A stretch of 32,000 nt of DNA from Acholeplasma laidlawii PG-8A (GTDB taxonomy: Bacteria; Bacillota_I; Bacilli_A; Acholeplasmatales; Acholeplasmataceae): positions 1,260,001 through 1,292,000 of the forward strand of contig NC_010163.1 of assembly GCF_000018785.1 (NCBI RefSeq), written 5' to 3'. Numbering within the stretch: position 1 is the stretch's first letter; the number at the start of each line of letters is the position of its first letter. The notes below the pieces were generated by a model. That model was given only the letters and a program-made list of their open reading frames with translations. It was not told the origin of the DNA and did no database searches. The translations under genes were made by a program, and so were the position numbers. Shown here one piece after another: positions 1 through 9,607 of this stretch.

Positions 1-88
1 TCAAGCGCACGAGGTCACATTAATTACATTTTATATAGAACATATTGGCTTAAAACTTAAACAAAAAAGAACATATTTAATGGACTAT

Positions 89-128
89 ATAAAAACACTT
101 TAAACTAAATTTTAAGTTTAAAGTGTTT
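89..128 (-). terminator. Rho-independent terminator-like hairpin downstream of the minus-strand lipoprotein gene
   Basis: aaaaacactttaaact / agtttaaagtgttttt inverted repeat (about 16 bp) with a short AT loop, just past the stop codon at 140. Confidence 0.8.
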
Positions 129-139
129 TATTTTTATGT

Positions 140-1366
140 TTATGAAGTAAATACAGTATCGTGAGCTGCTTGTTTAAGTATTGTCATAATCGTTTCATCT
201 AAATCAGGATGAATCCAAGTATTTTCAAGTGGTGATCTATTTGTTAGTACTGCATAATGTGTATATGCAGAAAGTAGTGCACCATATAAACTTGGATGGT
301 TTAAGTCTTGATATAAATTAATCTCTGGATGATTTTGACTTACCCTTTTGAAAGCATAACCTACTGGGGATAGTGTTGCATCTATCTTTGTAGCTACTTG
401 CTCGTATAACTCACCTAATTGATTAGTCATATTATCACGTGCTAATGTGTCTTCATAGTTATAGCCCCACGTTTGATAAAGTACTGTTTTAGCGCCTTGT
501 GCTTTGATTTTTTCATCAAACAAGACTACAGCATCTTCAAATTTTTCATAATCTAAGATGGGTCCATTACTATACTCTTGTAAGAATACATGTGTATATT
601 GGTCTTTATTTATAAGAAAATTAAAGTTTATTTCATGATCTATAATCCATTGTGGTGTTGTACTATCTAATAAGAAGTTTACAACCACATCATCAGCTCT
701 TAACATTTCATAAATAAAGGTTGGAATGTTATAGGTATATTTTGTTAAACTATTACCAATAAATAAGAGGTTATAAGCTTCAACTTCATCACTGTAAACT
801 ACTTCAAATTCTATTGTTGTTTGAGTTTGCCAGTCACTAGCAAGATATGCAGTTAAGTTAAAGGTGCCTGCTTTTGAAAATTTGATTTGACCAGTTTTAT
901 CATCAAAGTCGACAAAACTTGCAGTATAACTATAACGCACATCAGAATCATATGATCTTTCAGGTAAAAAATCCAAGGTCACTTCATATACCTTACCTAC
1001 ATAAAATAAGTCATCAGACTCACTTACAGCACTAAGAACAATACCTTCAACACCTGGTATAGGTAACACATTAAGTTCTTTTTCATAGGTATCTTTTGTA
1101 GAATTAGTTATCTTTATTGTTGTAGTGCCAATACTTAATGCATGAATATTACCAAATTTATCAATGGTTGCTACATCTAAATTACTAGAACTATAAGTAA
1201 ATCTATCTGATAAGTTCTCACTGATTGGATAAATTTGTAATTTATCTCCTTTATATATATAATCCGGTATCTCTACTATAATTTCATAAGAAGTTGAAGG
1301 TTCCTGACAAGACATCAAAAAAAACGATACACTTAGTATGCATATAGCCAGAATAATTTTTTTCAT
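140..1366 (-). CDS. Lipoprotein with bacterial Ig-like (Big_2-type) region and DUF4886/SGNH-hydrolase-like domain
   Basis: ORF track 140..1420; likely start is the internal ATG at 1366 (MKKIILAICILSVSFFLMSC lipobox) preceded by AGGGGG. Contains ATIDKFGNIHALSIGTTTITI-like Big_2 sequence, the block-I-like IGNSLT motif and a C-terminal DLNHPS D-x-x-H motif. Confidence 0.75.
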   Translation of the reverse strand: MKKIILAICILSVSFFLMSCQEPSTSYEIIVEIPDYIYKGDKLQIYPISENLSDRFTYSSSNLDVATIDKFGNIHALSIGTTTIKITNSTKDTYEKELNVLPIPGVEGIVLSAVSESDDLFYVGKVYEVTLDFLPERSYDSDVRYSYTASFVDFDDKTGQIKFSKAGTFNLTAYLASDWQTQTTIEFEVVYSDEVEAYNLLFIGNSLTKYTYNIPTFIYEMLRADDVVVNFLLDSTTPQWIIDHEINFNFLINKDQYTHVFLQEYSNGPILDYEKFEDAVVLFDEKIKAQGAKTVLYQTWGYNYEDTLARDNMTNQLGELYEQVATKIDATLSPVGYAFKRVSQNHPEINLYQDLNHPSLYGALLSAYTHYAVLTNRSPLENTWIHPDLDETIMTILKQAAHDTVFTS

Positions 1367-1414
1367 AAATCCCCCTAAATAATTTGTTATACTCATTATA
1401 CTATATAAAAAGAA

Positions 1415-1450
1415 AACCACCTTATAGATTATAAATTCTATAAGGTGGTT
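1415..1450 (-). terminator. Terminator hairpin at the end of the suf operon
   Basis: Perfect 13 bp stem aaccaccttatag / ctataaggtggtt; minus-strand continuation is T-rich (ttttctttttatat). Confidence 0.85.
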
Positions 1451-1462
1451 AGTATGTATCTA

Positions 1463-2872
1463 TTAACCAATAGAGCCTTCCATTTCAAGTTTAATCAACT
1501 GATTTAACTCGACAGCATATTCCATTGGTAGTTCTTTTGAAAATGGTTCAATAAAGCCCATTACAATCATTTCGGTCGCTTCTTCTTCAGTTAGACCACG
1601 ACTCATTAAGTAGAATAGTTGTTCTTCTGAGATTTTTGATACTGTTGCTTCATGTTGTAAGAATACATCAGAGTTTTTAATGACATTAATTGGAATTGTA
1701 TCGGATGTTGAGATACCATCTAAGATGATCGTATCACATTCAATATTAGATTTAGAACCTTTAGCGTTTTTACCAAAGGATACTTTACCACGGTAATTGA
1801 CCTTACCACCACCACGAGCAATCGATTTTGAAATAATGTTTGAAGTGGTATTTGGCGCAACGTGAATCATACGCGCACCAGCATCTTGCCATTGGTCTTT
1901 ACCTGCAAAAGCAATCGAAATTGTTGTACCTTTTGCATGTTCACCTAATAGGATACAAGAAGGGTATTTCATATTTACGTTAGAACCAATGTTACCATCA
2001 ATCCATTCCATATGTCCATTTTCATAAACAAATGCACGTTTAGTTACTAAGTTAATAACGTTTGTTGACCAGTTTTGAATGGTTGTATAACGGCATGTTG
2101 CATTCTTTTTAACAATCACTTCAACTGTTGCAACGTGTAGTGAATCTTTTTGATAAATTGGTGCTGTACAACCTTCTACATAGTTTACATAAGCACCTTC
2201 ATCAACGATGATAAGTGTTCTTTCAAATTGACCCATTTGATCAGAGTTAATTCTAAAGTATGATTGTAGTGGTTTTTCTACACGTACACCTTTGGGTACG
2301 TATATAAATGAACCACCTGACCATACAGCAGCATTTAGTGCTGCATATTTGTTATCTTTGTTACTTACAACTGTACCAAAGTATTCTTTAACTAATTCAG
2401 GATACTCTCTAATTGCAGTATCTGTATCTACATAGATAACACCTAGTTTTTCCAACTCTTCTTTTGAACTGTGGTATACGACCTCGGATTCAAATTGTGT
2501 AGATACACCTGCTAAGTAATTTCTTTCAGCTTGAGGAATACCTAAACGTTCAAAAGTTTCTTTAATCTTTTCAGGTACATCATCCCAAGAGTTCATTGCT
2601 TTATCAGTAGATTTGATATAGTAAGTAAATTCTTGAAAATCAATAAAACTTAAATCAGGACCCCAAGTTGGGTTTGGTGTATTTATAAAATTGTTATAGG
2701 ATTCTAAACGGTAGTCTGTCATCCATTGTGGTTCTTTTTTAATTTCAGATATTTGTCTAACTATTGCTTCATTAATACCTTTACCAGTATCCATGATGGG
2801 TTTAGAGTCCGTTATGAATCCAAACTGATAGTCACCAACAATATTATCTATTTTTGTTTTTGTGTCACTCAT
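1463..2872 (-). CDS. sufB: Fe-S cluster assembly protein SufB
   Basis: Strong SufB family character ([28 protein letters not shown]-like C-terminal [22 protein letters not shown]); last gene of a suf cluster. Confidence 0.97.
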   Translation of the reverse strand: MSDTKTKIDNIVGDYQFGFITDSKPIMDTGKGINEAIVRQISEIKKEPQWMTDYRLESYNNFINTPNPTWGPDLSFIDFQEFTYYIKSTDKAMNSWDDVPEKIKETFERLGIPQAERNYLAGVSTQFESEVVYHSSKEELEKLGVIYVDTDTAIREYPELVKEYFGTVVSNKDNKYAALNAAVWSGGSFIYVPKGVRVEKPLQSYFRINSDQMGQFERTLIIVDEGAYVNYVEGCTAPIYQKDSLHVATVEVIVKKNATCRYTTIQNWSTNVINLVTKRAFVYENGHMEWIDGNIGSNVNMKYPSCILLGEHAKGTTISIAFAGKDQWQDAGARMIHVAPNTTSNIISKSIARGGGKVNYRGKVSFGKNAKGSKSNIECDTIILDGISTSDTIPINVIKNSDVFLQHEATVSKISEEQLFYLMSRGLTEEEATEMIVMGFIEPFSKELPMEYAVELNQLIKLEMEGSIG

Positions 2873-3311
2873 TATTTTGTTCTCCTTCCAAAGGATTTAA
2901 ACCCTTCTCATATGCTTTCCACGCAAGTGTTGCACATTTGATTCTTGCTGGAAATTGACCAACACCTTCAAATGCTAAGGCATCTTCTAATACGGATTTA
3001 TCTTTTATTTCTTCACCAGTTAACATATCATAAAATGTTTGAATAAGTTCCTTGGCTTCAAAAATGTCTTTATTTTTTAATAGTTCAGAGGCTACAGATG
3101 CAGATGCACAGCATATACTACACCCTTTACCTTGTTGTTTTAAGTCGATAATTTTACTATCCTTGATGAGTAATTGAACAATTAAGTCATCCCCACAAGT
3201 CGGATTATTTAAGTGGACCGTTAAGTAACTGTCATCATTGATTAATCCCTTGTTTTTAGGGTTTTTATAATGATCCATGATTACTGAGCGATACAATGTT
3301 TTTAAGTCCAT
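2865..3311 (-). CDS. sufU: Fe-S cluster assembly / sulfur acceptor protein SufU
   Basis: [19 protein letters not shown] and CSICCAS motifs; start at 3311 (MDLKTLYR) with GAAAGGAAC upstream; ORF track begins upstream at 3356. Overlaps the sufB start by 8 nt. Confidence 0.95.
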   Translation of the reverse strand: MDLKTLYRSVIMDHYKNPKNKGLINDDSYLTVHLNNPTCGDDLIVQLLIKDSKIIDLKQQGKGCSICCASASVASELLKNKDIFEAKELIQTFYDMLTGEEIKDKSVLEDALAFEGVGQFPARIKCATLAWKAYEKGLNPLEGEQNNE

Positions 3312-3324
3312 AAATAGTTCCTTT

Positions 3325-4527
3325 CTATATGCTGTGGAAGAAATCTCTTGTTTCAAGGATTGCTTTAATTAATATGTCACAGTCTTCAATACTATTGTAT
3401 ATTGCAAATGATGCACGCACGGTTGCATCTTGATTTAAATACTTCATTGTAAGTTGATTACAATGATGTCCTGCTCTTACAGCAACACCGTGTTGATCTA
3501 AGAAGCTTGATGTGTCATGAGGATGTACCTCATCAATGTTAAATGATAAAAGTGTAGACTCGCCATGTTTATTAAAAACGGTAATACCTGGTTCATCTTT
3601 TAATTTATCTACGACATAATTTCTTAAGTGAAGTTCATGTTGATGGATGTTTTCAATGCCAATAGAATCTATAAATTCAAATGCTTTAGCAAGTCCTATC
3701 GCTTCTGCAATTGCAGGGGTACCTGCTTCAAATTTATAAGCACCACTTTTCCAAGTTGAACCATCTAAATGAACTTTATCCACCATTTCTCCACCAAATT
3801 CTGTTGGAGATAGTTTAGACATCAGCCCTGATTTGATGTATAAAACACCAATACCATTTGGTCCATAGACCTTATGACCACTAAAGGCTAACATATCTAC
3901 ATCAAGTGCTTTCACATCTGTTTTAATGTGGACAATCGATTGTGCAGCATCTACGATAATTTTAGCACCAACTTCATGTGTGAATTTCGCCATCTCTTGA
4001 AGTGGTGTTTCATAACCCATCACATTGGACATGTGATGCGTAATGACTAGTTTTGTTTTATTTGTTAAGACAGTTTTAAAGTTATCTATCGTGATCATAC
4101 CATCCATTAAAGGAATAAACTTAACTACCAAATTTAATCTAGATGCTAGTTCTAACCAAGGTAGTAAGTTGGAATGATGTTCTAATTCGGATAAAATGAT
4201 TTCATCTCCACTTTGAAGTGTTAAACCTAAACTGTTTGCTGCTAAGTTAATACTATGTGTTGTAGACTTTGTAAAGATCACTTCTTCAGCGGATGCATTA
4301 ATAAATTTAGCAATCACACTTCTTGCATGTTCATACTTTGTAGTAGATTCTGCTGCAAGTTGATATACACCACGGTGAACGTTAGTTCCATTAAAGGATA
4401 AATAGTCCATCATAGCCTCTATCACTGATTGATGTTTAAAAGCACTGGCTGCAGAGTCAAAAAACCTCATTTCAGGGTATTTTGAATAAACTGGAAATTG
4501 TGCTCTTATTTTCTTTACATCGATCAT
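3325..4527 (-). CDS. sufS: Cysteine desulfurase SufS
   Basis: Class-V aminotransferase; PLP lysine in FSGHKVYGPNGIGVLY, catalytic Cys region RAGHHCNQ. Confidence 0.96.
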   Translation of the reverse strand: MIDVKKIRAQFPVYSKYPEMRFFDSAASAFKHQSVIEAMMDYLSFNGTNVHRGVYQLAAESTTKYEHARSVIAKFINASAEEVIFTKSTTHSINLAANSLGLTLQSGDEIILSELEHHSNLLPWLELASRLNLVVKFIPLMDGMITIDNFKTVLTNKTKLVITHHMSNVMGYETPLQEMAKFTHEVGAKIIVDAAQSIVHIKTDVKALDVDMLAFSGHKVYGPNGIGVLYIKSGLMSKLSPTEFGGEMVDKVHLDGSTWKSGAYKFEAGTPAIAEAIGLAKAFEFIDSIGIENIHQHELHLRNYVVDKLKDEPGITVFNKHGESTLLSFNIDEVHPHDTSSFLDQHGVAVRAGHHCNQLTMKYLNQDATVRASFAIYNSIEDCDILIKAILETRDFFHSI

Positions 4528-4531
4528 TTAT

Positions 4532-5404
4532 CTATATTCTTTCGTTTACGATTTTTGCTACATTTTCTTTGATGAGTTCATCATCAATTTCATCAATAAT
4601 TGGTTGTAGATAACCATTAATAATTAATCTTTGGGCATCTTCTAATGTAATACCTCTACTTCTTAAATAAAAGATAACTTCATCTTCCATTTTACCAACT
4701 GTAGCGGCATGTCCAGCCGTGACATCGTGTTCGTCAATAATTAATATTGGATTCACATCGATTTGGGCTTTATCATTTGTAATAATACCTTTAAGTGTTT
4801 GGAATGCTGATGAACCATTCATACCTTGTTCAATTTGTCCAACACCATTGATTTTAATAATACCATTTTGACCAGCTATACCAACGTTAGTCATTTCTGC
4901 TGAACTAAATGGTGCATAATGTGTCATATGAATATCTAACTTTTGACTATGATTTGTACTAGATACTGTAATTGTTCTTACTCTTAAGTTAGCACCTTTA
5001 CCATCAAGGTCTAAAAAAAGTTTAGCATCCATCACATTATTCACAAAACCACCAATAAACTCCATATTAGAATCTGCTAAACTTGATGATTTAAAATTTA
5101 ACTTAGCATTGTTTGATTGAACTTCTGAAATAAGTAGAAACTTAACTTGAGAATTCTCCATAAGTTTCATGTCAATATCATAAGTAACATCACTTGAATC
5201 AGTGTCATTAAGTTCTAAAATAAGTTTAGCTTCAACACTCGGTTCAACAACGATATTTAAATTTGTTAGTTCTCTATGGTTAAGTTTAATTGTTAAAGTG
5301 TCTTTAAAGATTGTTTTTTTCAATAATTTTAATGTATTGTCACTAAATGTAACACCACTTGGTAGTGATTGGTTATTTACATTTGTTAATTGGATAATAC
5401 TCAT
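4532..5404 (-). CDS. sufD: Fe-S cluster assembly protein SufD
   Basis: SufBD core family character (HDVTAGHAATVGKMEDEVIFYLRSRGITLEDAQRLI); position between sufC and sufS. Confidence 0.93.
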   Translation of the reverse strand: MSIIQLTNVNNQSLPSGVTFSDNTLKLLKKTIFKDTLTIKLNHRELTNLNIVVEPSVEAKLILELNDTDSSDVTYDIDMKLMENSQVKFLLISEVQSNNAKLNFKSSSLADSNMEFIGGFVNNVMDAKLFLDLDGKGANLRVRTITVSSTNHSQKLDIHMTHYAPFSSAEMTNVGIAGQNGIIKINGVGQIEQGMNGSSAFQTLKGIITNDKAQIDVNPILIIDEHDVTAGHAATVGKMEDEVIFYLRSRGITLEDAQRLIINGYLQPIIDEIDDELIKENVAKIVNERI

Positions 5405-5406
5405 AA

Positions 5407-6174
5407 TTATTCTTTACCAACTTCAAAATCTATGCCTAGTTCTTCTTTAACCCATTCATAACCAGATTGATCGATTTTTTCTATTAAGTCACTACCACCT
5501 GATAATACAATCTTACCATTTATCATAATATGAACGTGAGTCGGTTTAATGTAATCTAAAATTCTTTGATAGTGGGTAATTAATATACACCCAAAATCAG
5601 GTGAAACCATGTCATTGACATTCTCGCCTACAATACGTAATGCGTCAATGTCTAAACCTGAGTCAATTTCATCTAAAATAGCAAATTTAGGTTTTAAAGT
5701 TTTAAGTTGAAGTATTTCATTACGTTTTCTTTCCCCACCTGAAAAACCTTCGTTTAAGTAACGGTGTGGTAAGTCTTCACGCATCTTTAATTCACTTGCG
5801 TATCGTTCATAATCCATGATGAACTTAATAAGTGGTACATCTTTACCCGAAACAGCTTTTAATGCTTGACGCATAAAATCTGAGTTAGTTACACCACTGA
5901 CCTCTTGTGGGTATTGCATAGCTAAAAAAAGCCCCGCACGAGCGCGCTCATCTACTTCTAATTCTAATAAGTCTGCATCATCTAATAATGCACTTCCTTG
6001 TGTCACTTCATATTTAGGATGACCCATTAATGCTGAAGCTAAAGTGGACTTACCTGTACCATTTGGACCCATGATTGCGTGTACTTCGCCTGTTTTTACA
6101 GTTAAGTTAACACCTTTCAAGATTTCTTTGTCTTCAATGGATACGTGTAAATCATTGATTGTTAATGTTGACAT
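5407..6174 (-). CDS. sufC: Fe-S cluster assembly ATPase SufC
   Basis: ABC ATPase: GPNGTGKST Walker A, SGGERKRNE signature, DEIDSGLDIDAL Walker B/D-loop typical of SufC. Confidence 0.97.
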   Translation of the reverse strand: MSTLTINDLHVSIEDKEILKGVNLTVKTGEVHAIMGPNGTGKSTLASALMGHPKYEVTQGSALLDDADLLELEVDERARAGLFLAMQYPQEVSGVTNSDFMRQALKAVSGKDVPLIKFIMDYERYASELKMREDLPHRYLNEGFSGGERKRNEILQLKTLKPKFAILDEIDSGLDIDALRIVGENVNDMVSPDFGCILITHYQRILDYIKPTHVHIMINGKIVLSGGSDLIEKIDQSGYEWVKEELGIDFEVGKE

Positions 6175-6211
6175 TTTATTCTCCTTCTACAAATTAATAT
6201 TTACCTAAATT

Positions 6212-6241
6212 ATTATAACATTAATTAGCTTAGATATCTAA
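6212..6241 (-). promoter_or_regulatory. Candidate suf operon promoter with palindromic operator
   Basis: Minus strand reads TAGATA-N17-TATAAT (-10 complement at 6212-6217, -35 at 6235-6240) with the perfect 12-nt palindrome ttagatatctaa at 6230-6241 covering the -35. Confidence 0.5.
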
Positions 6242-6421
6242 ACATAGGTTTTATATTTAAGTAATTTTTAAGAATCTATTATGATACTTCATTTCTTTAT
6301 ATAAATATGATGTATAAAATACATAATTTAGATTAATTGTGGTAAAAATCCATGAAATAGACTTAGAAATTTATGATATAAGGTCTTAATATGATAGAAT
6401 ATCACTAAAGGAAATGATGAG

Positions 6422-7144
6422 ATGAATACATATAATAAATTACAAAAAAAGTTTTTAATTTGGATCTTAGTTGAGGTTATTATCACCTTTGTGCTTTTAG
6501 TTGTTTTACTGTTTTTACCGCTTGATTTTAATGTTTTAATGCCAATTTTATTTGTCCTATTACTGATTGGTTTAATCTTAAGTTTGGTTTTAAAATCTAA
6601 GTTTGATTACTATAACTTCCTATATAGACACAGTGCCTTATTTGAAAATTTAGCACCAGCTGTTGAAACAAACCAAATCATATTATCTCAAGCATGGTTT
6701 GAGATGTTAAAACAAGAAAAATATCAACAATATAAGTCTTATGGCGGCTACAGTATTCACTATAAGATTGCAGATGGACCAAATAGTAAACGTTCATTTA
6801 AGACCCTTTATATCGTGGTTGCTATTGCTGATAATACCTTAAGTTTTGAAAATGAAATCATTGAAAAATCAATAAATAAACTAGAAATGCATTTATATAA
6901 AAACGCAAAATATAGTCAAAGAATTATTTACCAATTTAAATCAGATAAAAAGTTTACTCAAGAACTTGCTAAATCTACTAACATGGTCTTATTTGCTAGA
7001 AACCATAAACAAAATATTGTTTTAATTAATGTATATCACTTTTCAGATGATCATGTAGCCTATTTTGTTCACAGTACAACAAACCCACCTACACCTTATT
7101 ATGATTTTGCATCTAAGTATTTAATCGATTTACTAAATAAATAG
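6422..7144 (+). CDS. Uncharacterised protein with two N-terminal transmembrane segments
   Basis: ORF with AAAGGAA-type RBS upstream; hydrophobic helices in the first 60 aa followed by a soluble domain; ends at a terminator hairpin. Confidence 0.8.
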   Translation: MNTYNKLQKKFLIWILVEVIITFVLLVVLLFLPLDFNVLMPILFVLLLIGLILSLVLKSKFDYYNFLYRHSALFENLAPAVETNQIILSQAWFEMLKQEKYQQYKSYGGYSIHYKIADGPNSKRSFKTLYIVVAIADNTLSFENEIIEKSINKLEMHLYKNAKYSQRIIYQFKSDKKFTQELAKSTNMVLFARNHKQNIVLINVYHFSDDHVAYFVHSTTNPPTPYYDFASKYLIDLLNK

Positions 7145-7156
7145 GTATTAAAAGAT

Positions 7157-7187
7157 AAAAGAGAATTTCCTAAGGAAACTCTCTTTT
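7157..7187. terminator. Bidirectional terminator between convergent genes
   Basis: aaaagaga-attt-cc / gg-aaac-tctctttt stem with one mismatch, loop TAA, T-rich on both strands. Confidence 0.85.
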
Positions 7188-7196
7188 TTAAATCTT

Positions 7197-8501
7197 TTAT
7201 TTAGTTACTTTTTTAGCAGCCGGCTTTTTAGCAGGTGCTTTTTTTGTTGTTGCATCAGCTTTTTTAGCTGGTGCTTTTGCTGCTGGTTTCTTAGCTGTTG
7301 GTTTTTTAGCAACTACTTTTTCTTCAGCTTTAGCTTCAGACACTACTTCAACAGGTGTTGAAGATGTTTTAGCTTTTGGTGCTTTTGAAACCTCTTTTTT
7401 ATAGTTTTCAATTTCATCTGGTGAACCGTATACAAAATGATTTCCACCTACATCAACTAGTGATGGTTGATTTGTTTCACTGTAGTTATGAACTGATGCA
7501 TCATAAGAAAATCTCTTACGTGTCTTTTCATAAATTGGGTTCGGGAATGGAATTGCTGATAAAAGTGATTTCGTATATGGATGCAGTGGATTATTGAATA
7601 AATCTTCCGATGAAGCTAATTCAACAATTTTACCGAAGTGCATAACCGCGATACGATCACTAAAGTATTTAACAACTGATAAGTCGTGAGCAATAAATAA
7701 GATAGTTAAGTTTAAAGTACTTTGCAGATCTTTTAGTAAGTTAATGACTTGAGCTTGAATAGATACGTCAAGTGCACTAATTGGTTCGTCTGCAATTAAT
7801 AATTCAGGTTCAACAATTAACGCTCTAGCAATACCAATACGTTGACGTTGTCCACCTGAGAACTCATGTGGATAGCGGAATGCGTGTTCTGGTACAAGTC
7901 CAACAACTTTTAAGATTTCAAATACTTTTTCATCAATAATTTTAGAATCTCTTAAACCACCAATACGTAGACCTTCAGCAATAATTTCTTTAACGGTCAT
8001 ACGTGGATTTAAGGATGAAATTGGATCTTGGAAAATCATTTGAACTTGTTTCATGGTGTTTACTAATTCACCTTTGAAAGCATTGTCCTTTTTCATTCTT
8101 TTGATTTCTTGTTTTTGTGCTTTAACTAATAATTTTAAATCTTTTTTGATTTGTGCAATTTTTTCTTTGTTATCCGTAGTAGTATCGCTCTTTAATGCAT
8201 TGATTTCAGCCTTAGCTTCTGCTTTAGCTTGTTTAATGCGCTTCACATAAGAAGCTACACCACCACCAATACGTTGCCCTTTAAATAAGATTTCTCCATT
8301 CGTAGCATCATATAATTTAACGATTGTACGACCAGTTGTAGTTTTACCACAGCCTGATTCACCTACAAGACCAAATACTTCACCTTTATAGATATCAAAG
8401 CTAATACCGTCAACAGCCTTAACGACCATTTTATTACGTCCTGAACCCACTTTAAAGTGTTGTTCTAGACCTTTAACTTCTAAGACTTTTTCTCTATTCA
8501 T
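7197..8501 (-). CDS. oppF: Oligopeptide ABC transporter ATP-binding protein OppF
   Basis: [12 protein letters not shown] Walker [44 protein letters not shown]; distal gene of the opp operon; carries an internal charged insertion and a Lys/Ala/Pro tail. Confidence 0.93.
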   Translation of the reverse strand: MNREKVLEVKGLEQHFKVGSGRNKMVVKAVDGISFDIYKGEVFGLVGESGCGKTTTGRTIVKLYDATNGEILFKGQRIGGGVASYVKRIKQAKAEAKAEINALKSDTTTDNKEKIAQIKKDLKLLVKAQKQEIKRMKKDNAFKGELVNTMKQVQMIFQDPISSLNPRMTVKEIIAEGLRIGGLRDSKIIDEKVFEILKVVGLVPEHAFRYPHEFSGGQRQRIGIARALIVEPELLIADEPISALDVSIQAQVINLLKDLQSTLNLTILFIAHDLSVVKYFSDRIAVMHFGKIVELASSEDLFNNPLHPYTKSLLSAIPFPNPIYEKTRKRFSYDASVHNYSETNQPSLVDVGGNHFVYGSPDEIENYKKEVSKAPKAKTSSTPVEVVSEAKAEEKVVAKKPTAKKPAAKAPAKKADATTKKAPAKKPAAKKVTK

Positions 8502-9607
8502 CGTGTTATACCTGCCTTATTCTTTTCAATTCTTCTCTTTAAAGATTCAGGTAAATCCACTTTAGGTGCATCTGGATGTAACAACCAAGTTGAAGCAAAA
8601 TGCGTTTCACTGACCTTAAATAGAGGTGGTTCTTGCTCAAAATCGATTTGCATAGCAAATTTATTTCTTGGAGCAAAAGCATCACCAGCAGGTGGGAAAT
8701 GCATATCTGGTGGTGTTCCAGGGATAGCAAATAGTTTATCTTTTGAATCTAAATCAGGCATTGCTGATAGAAGTGCCCAAGTATATGGGTGTTTTGGATC
8801 ATAGAAGATTTCTTCTACATTACCAGTTTCAACAATCTTACCAGCATACATTACTGCAACACGGTCAGCCATATTCGCAACAACACCTAAATCGTGAGTA
8901 ATGAAGATAACTGAAAGGTTACGTTCTTTTTTAATACGGTTAATTAATTCTAAGATTTGAGCTTGAATTGTAACGTCTAACGCTGTCGTAGGCTCGTCAC
9001 AAATTAAGATTTCAGCATTGTTTGCAAGTGCAATCGCGATAACGATTCTTTGTCTCATACCACCTGAAAATTGGAATGGATAGTTAGAATAACGTTGTGC
9101 AGCATTTGCAATACCTACTTCTTCCATAAGTTCAATAGCTCTTGCTTTAGCCTGTTCTTTTGTCATACCCATTTTTAAATAAAGGGCTTCTGAAATTTGA
9201 TTACCAACACGCATAATCGGGTTTAAACTACTCATTGGATCTTGGAAGATCATTGAGATTTTAGTCCCTCTTAATAAATGGAAATCATCTTCTGAGATTT
9301 TCATTAAGTCAATAATATCAGTTTCATCATCATTTTGTTGATCTTCTTCACTACCTTCAGTTTGTTTTAATTTCTTAATGCCACTGTTATAGTAGTAAAT
9401 AGAACCTTTTTCATGGATGGAGTTACCAGCTAATATACCAATAATTGCTCTAGAAGTAACACTCTTACCAGAACCACTTTCACCAACAATCGCTAGTGTT
9501 TCACCACGATGTAAATCGAAGTTAATACCACGAACAGCCTTTAGTGTACCTTGTTGAGTTCTAAATGAGACAGTTAAATCTTGAACGGATAAAATTTTAT
9601 CTGACAT
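8498..9607 (-). CDS. oppD: Oligopeptide ABC transporter ATP-binding protein OppD
   Basis: GESGSGKSVTSRAI, MIFQDPMSSLNPIMRVG, FSGGMRQRIVIAIAL, CDEPTTALDVTIQAQI; stop overlaps the oppF start (ATGA). Confidence 0.94.
   Translation of the reverse strand: MSDKILSVQDLTVSFRTQQGTLKAVRGINFDLHRGETLAIVGESGSGKSVTSRAIIGILAGNSIHEKGSIYYYNSGIKKLKQTEGSEEDQQNDDETDIIDLMKISEDDFHLLRGTKISMIFQDPMSSLNPIMRVGNQISEALYLKMGMTKEQAKARAIELMEEVGIANAAQRYSNYPFQFSGGMRQRIVIAIALANNAEILICDEPTTALDVTIQAQILELINRIKKERNLSVIFITHDLGVVANMADRVAVMYAGKIVETGNVEEIFYDPKHPYTWALLSAMPDLDSKDKLFAIPGTPPDMHFPPAGDAFAPRNKFAMQIDFEQEPPLFKVSETHFASTWLLHPDAPKVDLPESLKRRIEKNKAGITR

Noticed and set aside
2726-2941. Small plus-strand ORFs opposite sufU/sufB and similar ones at 5202-5450, 7376-7597, 8053-8250, 13993-14184, 14883-15152, 17219-17602, 19927-20289, 20928-21227, 23831-24079, 25795-26013, 29508-29765, 29915-30142 and 31210-31398
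   Set aside because: They lie antisense within or mostly within confidently assigned genes, lack recognisable domains and look like shadow ORFs of AT-rich coding sequence.
7197-7385. Repetitive AKKPA-encoding DNA as a possible repeat array
   Set aside because: It is in frame within oppF and codes a low-complexity tail; the nucleotide copies are short and irregular, so it is reported as a protein feature only.
8539-8730. Minus-strand short ORFs inside oppD, the S41-like gene (16353-16571) and the LTA synthase gene (22119-22304)
   Set aside because: They are same-strand alternate frames of well-supported long genes, with no domain or convincing start context.
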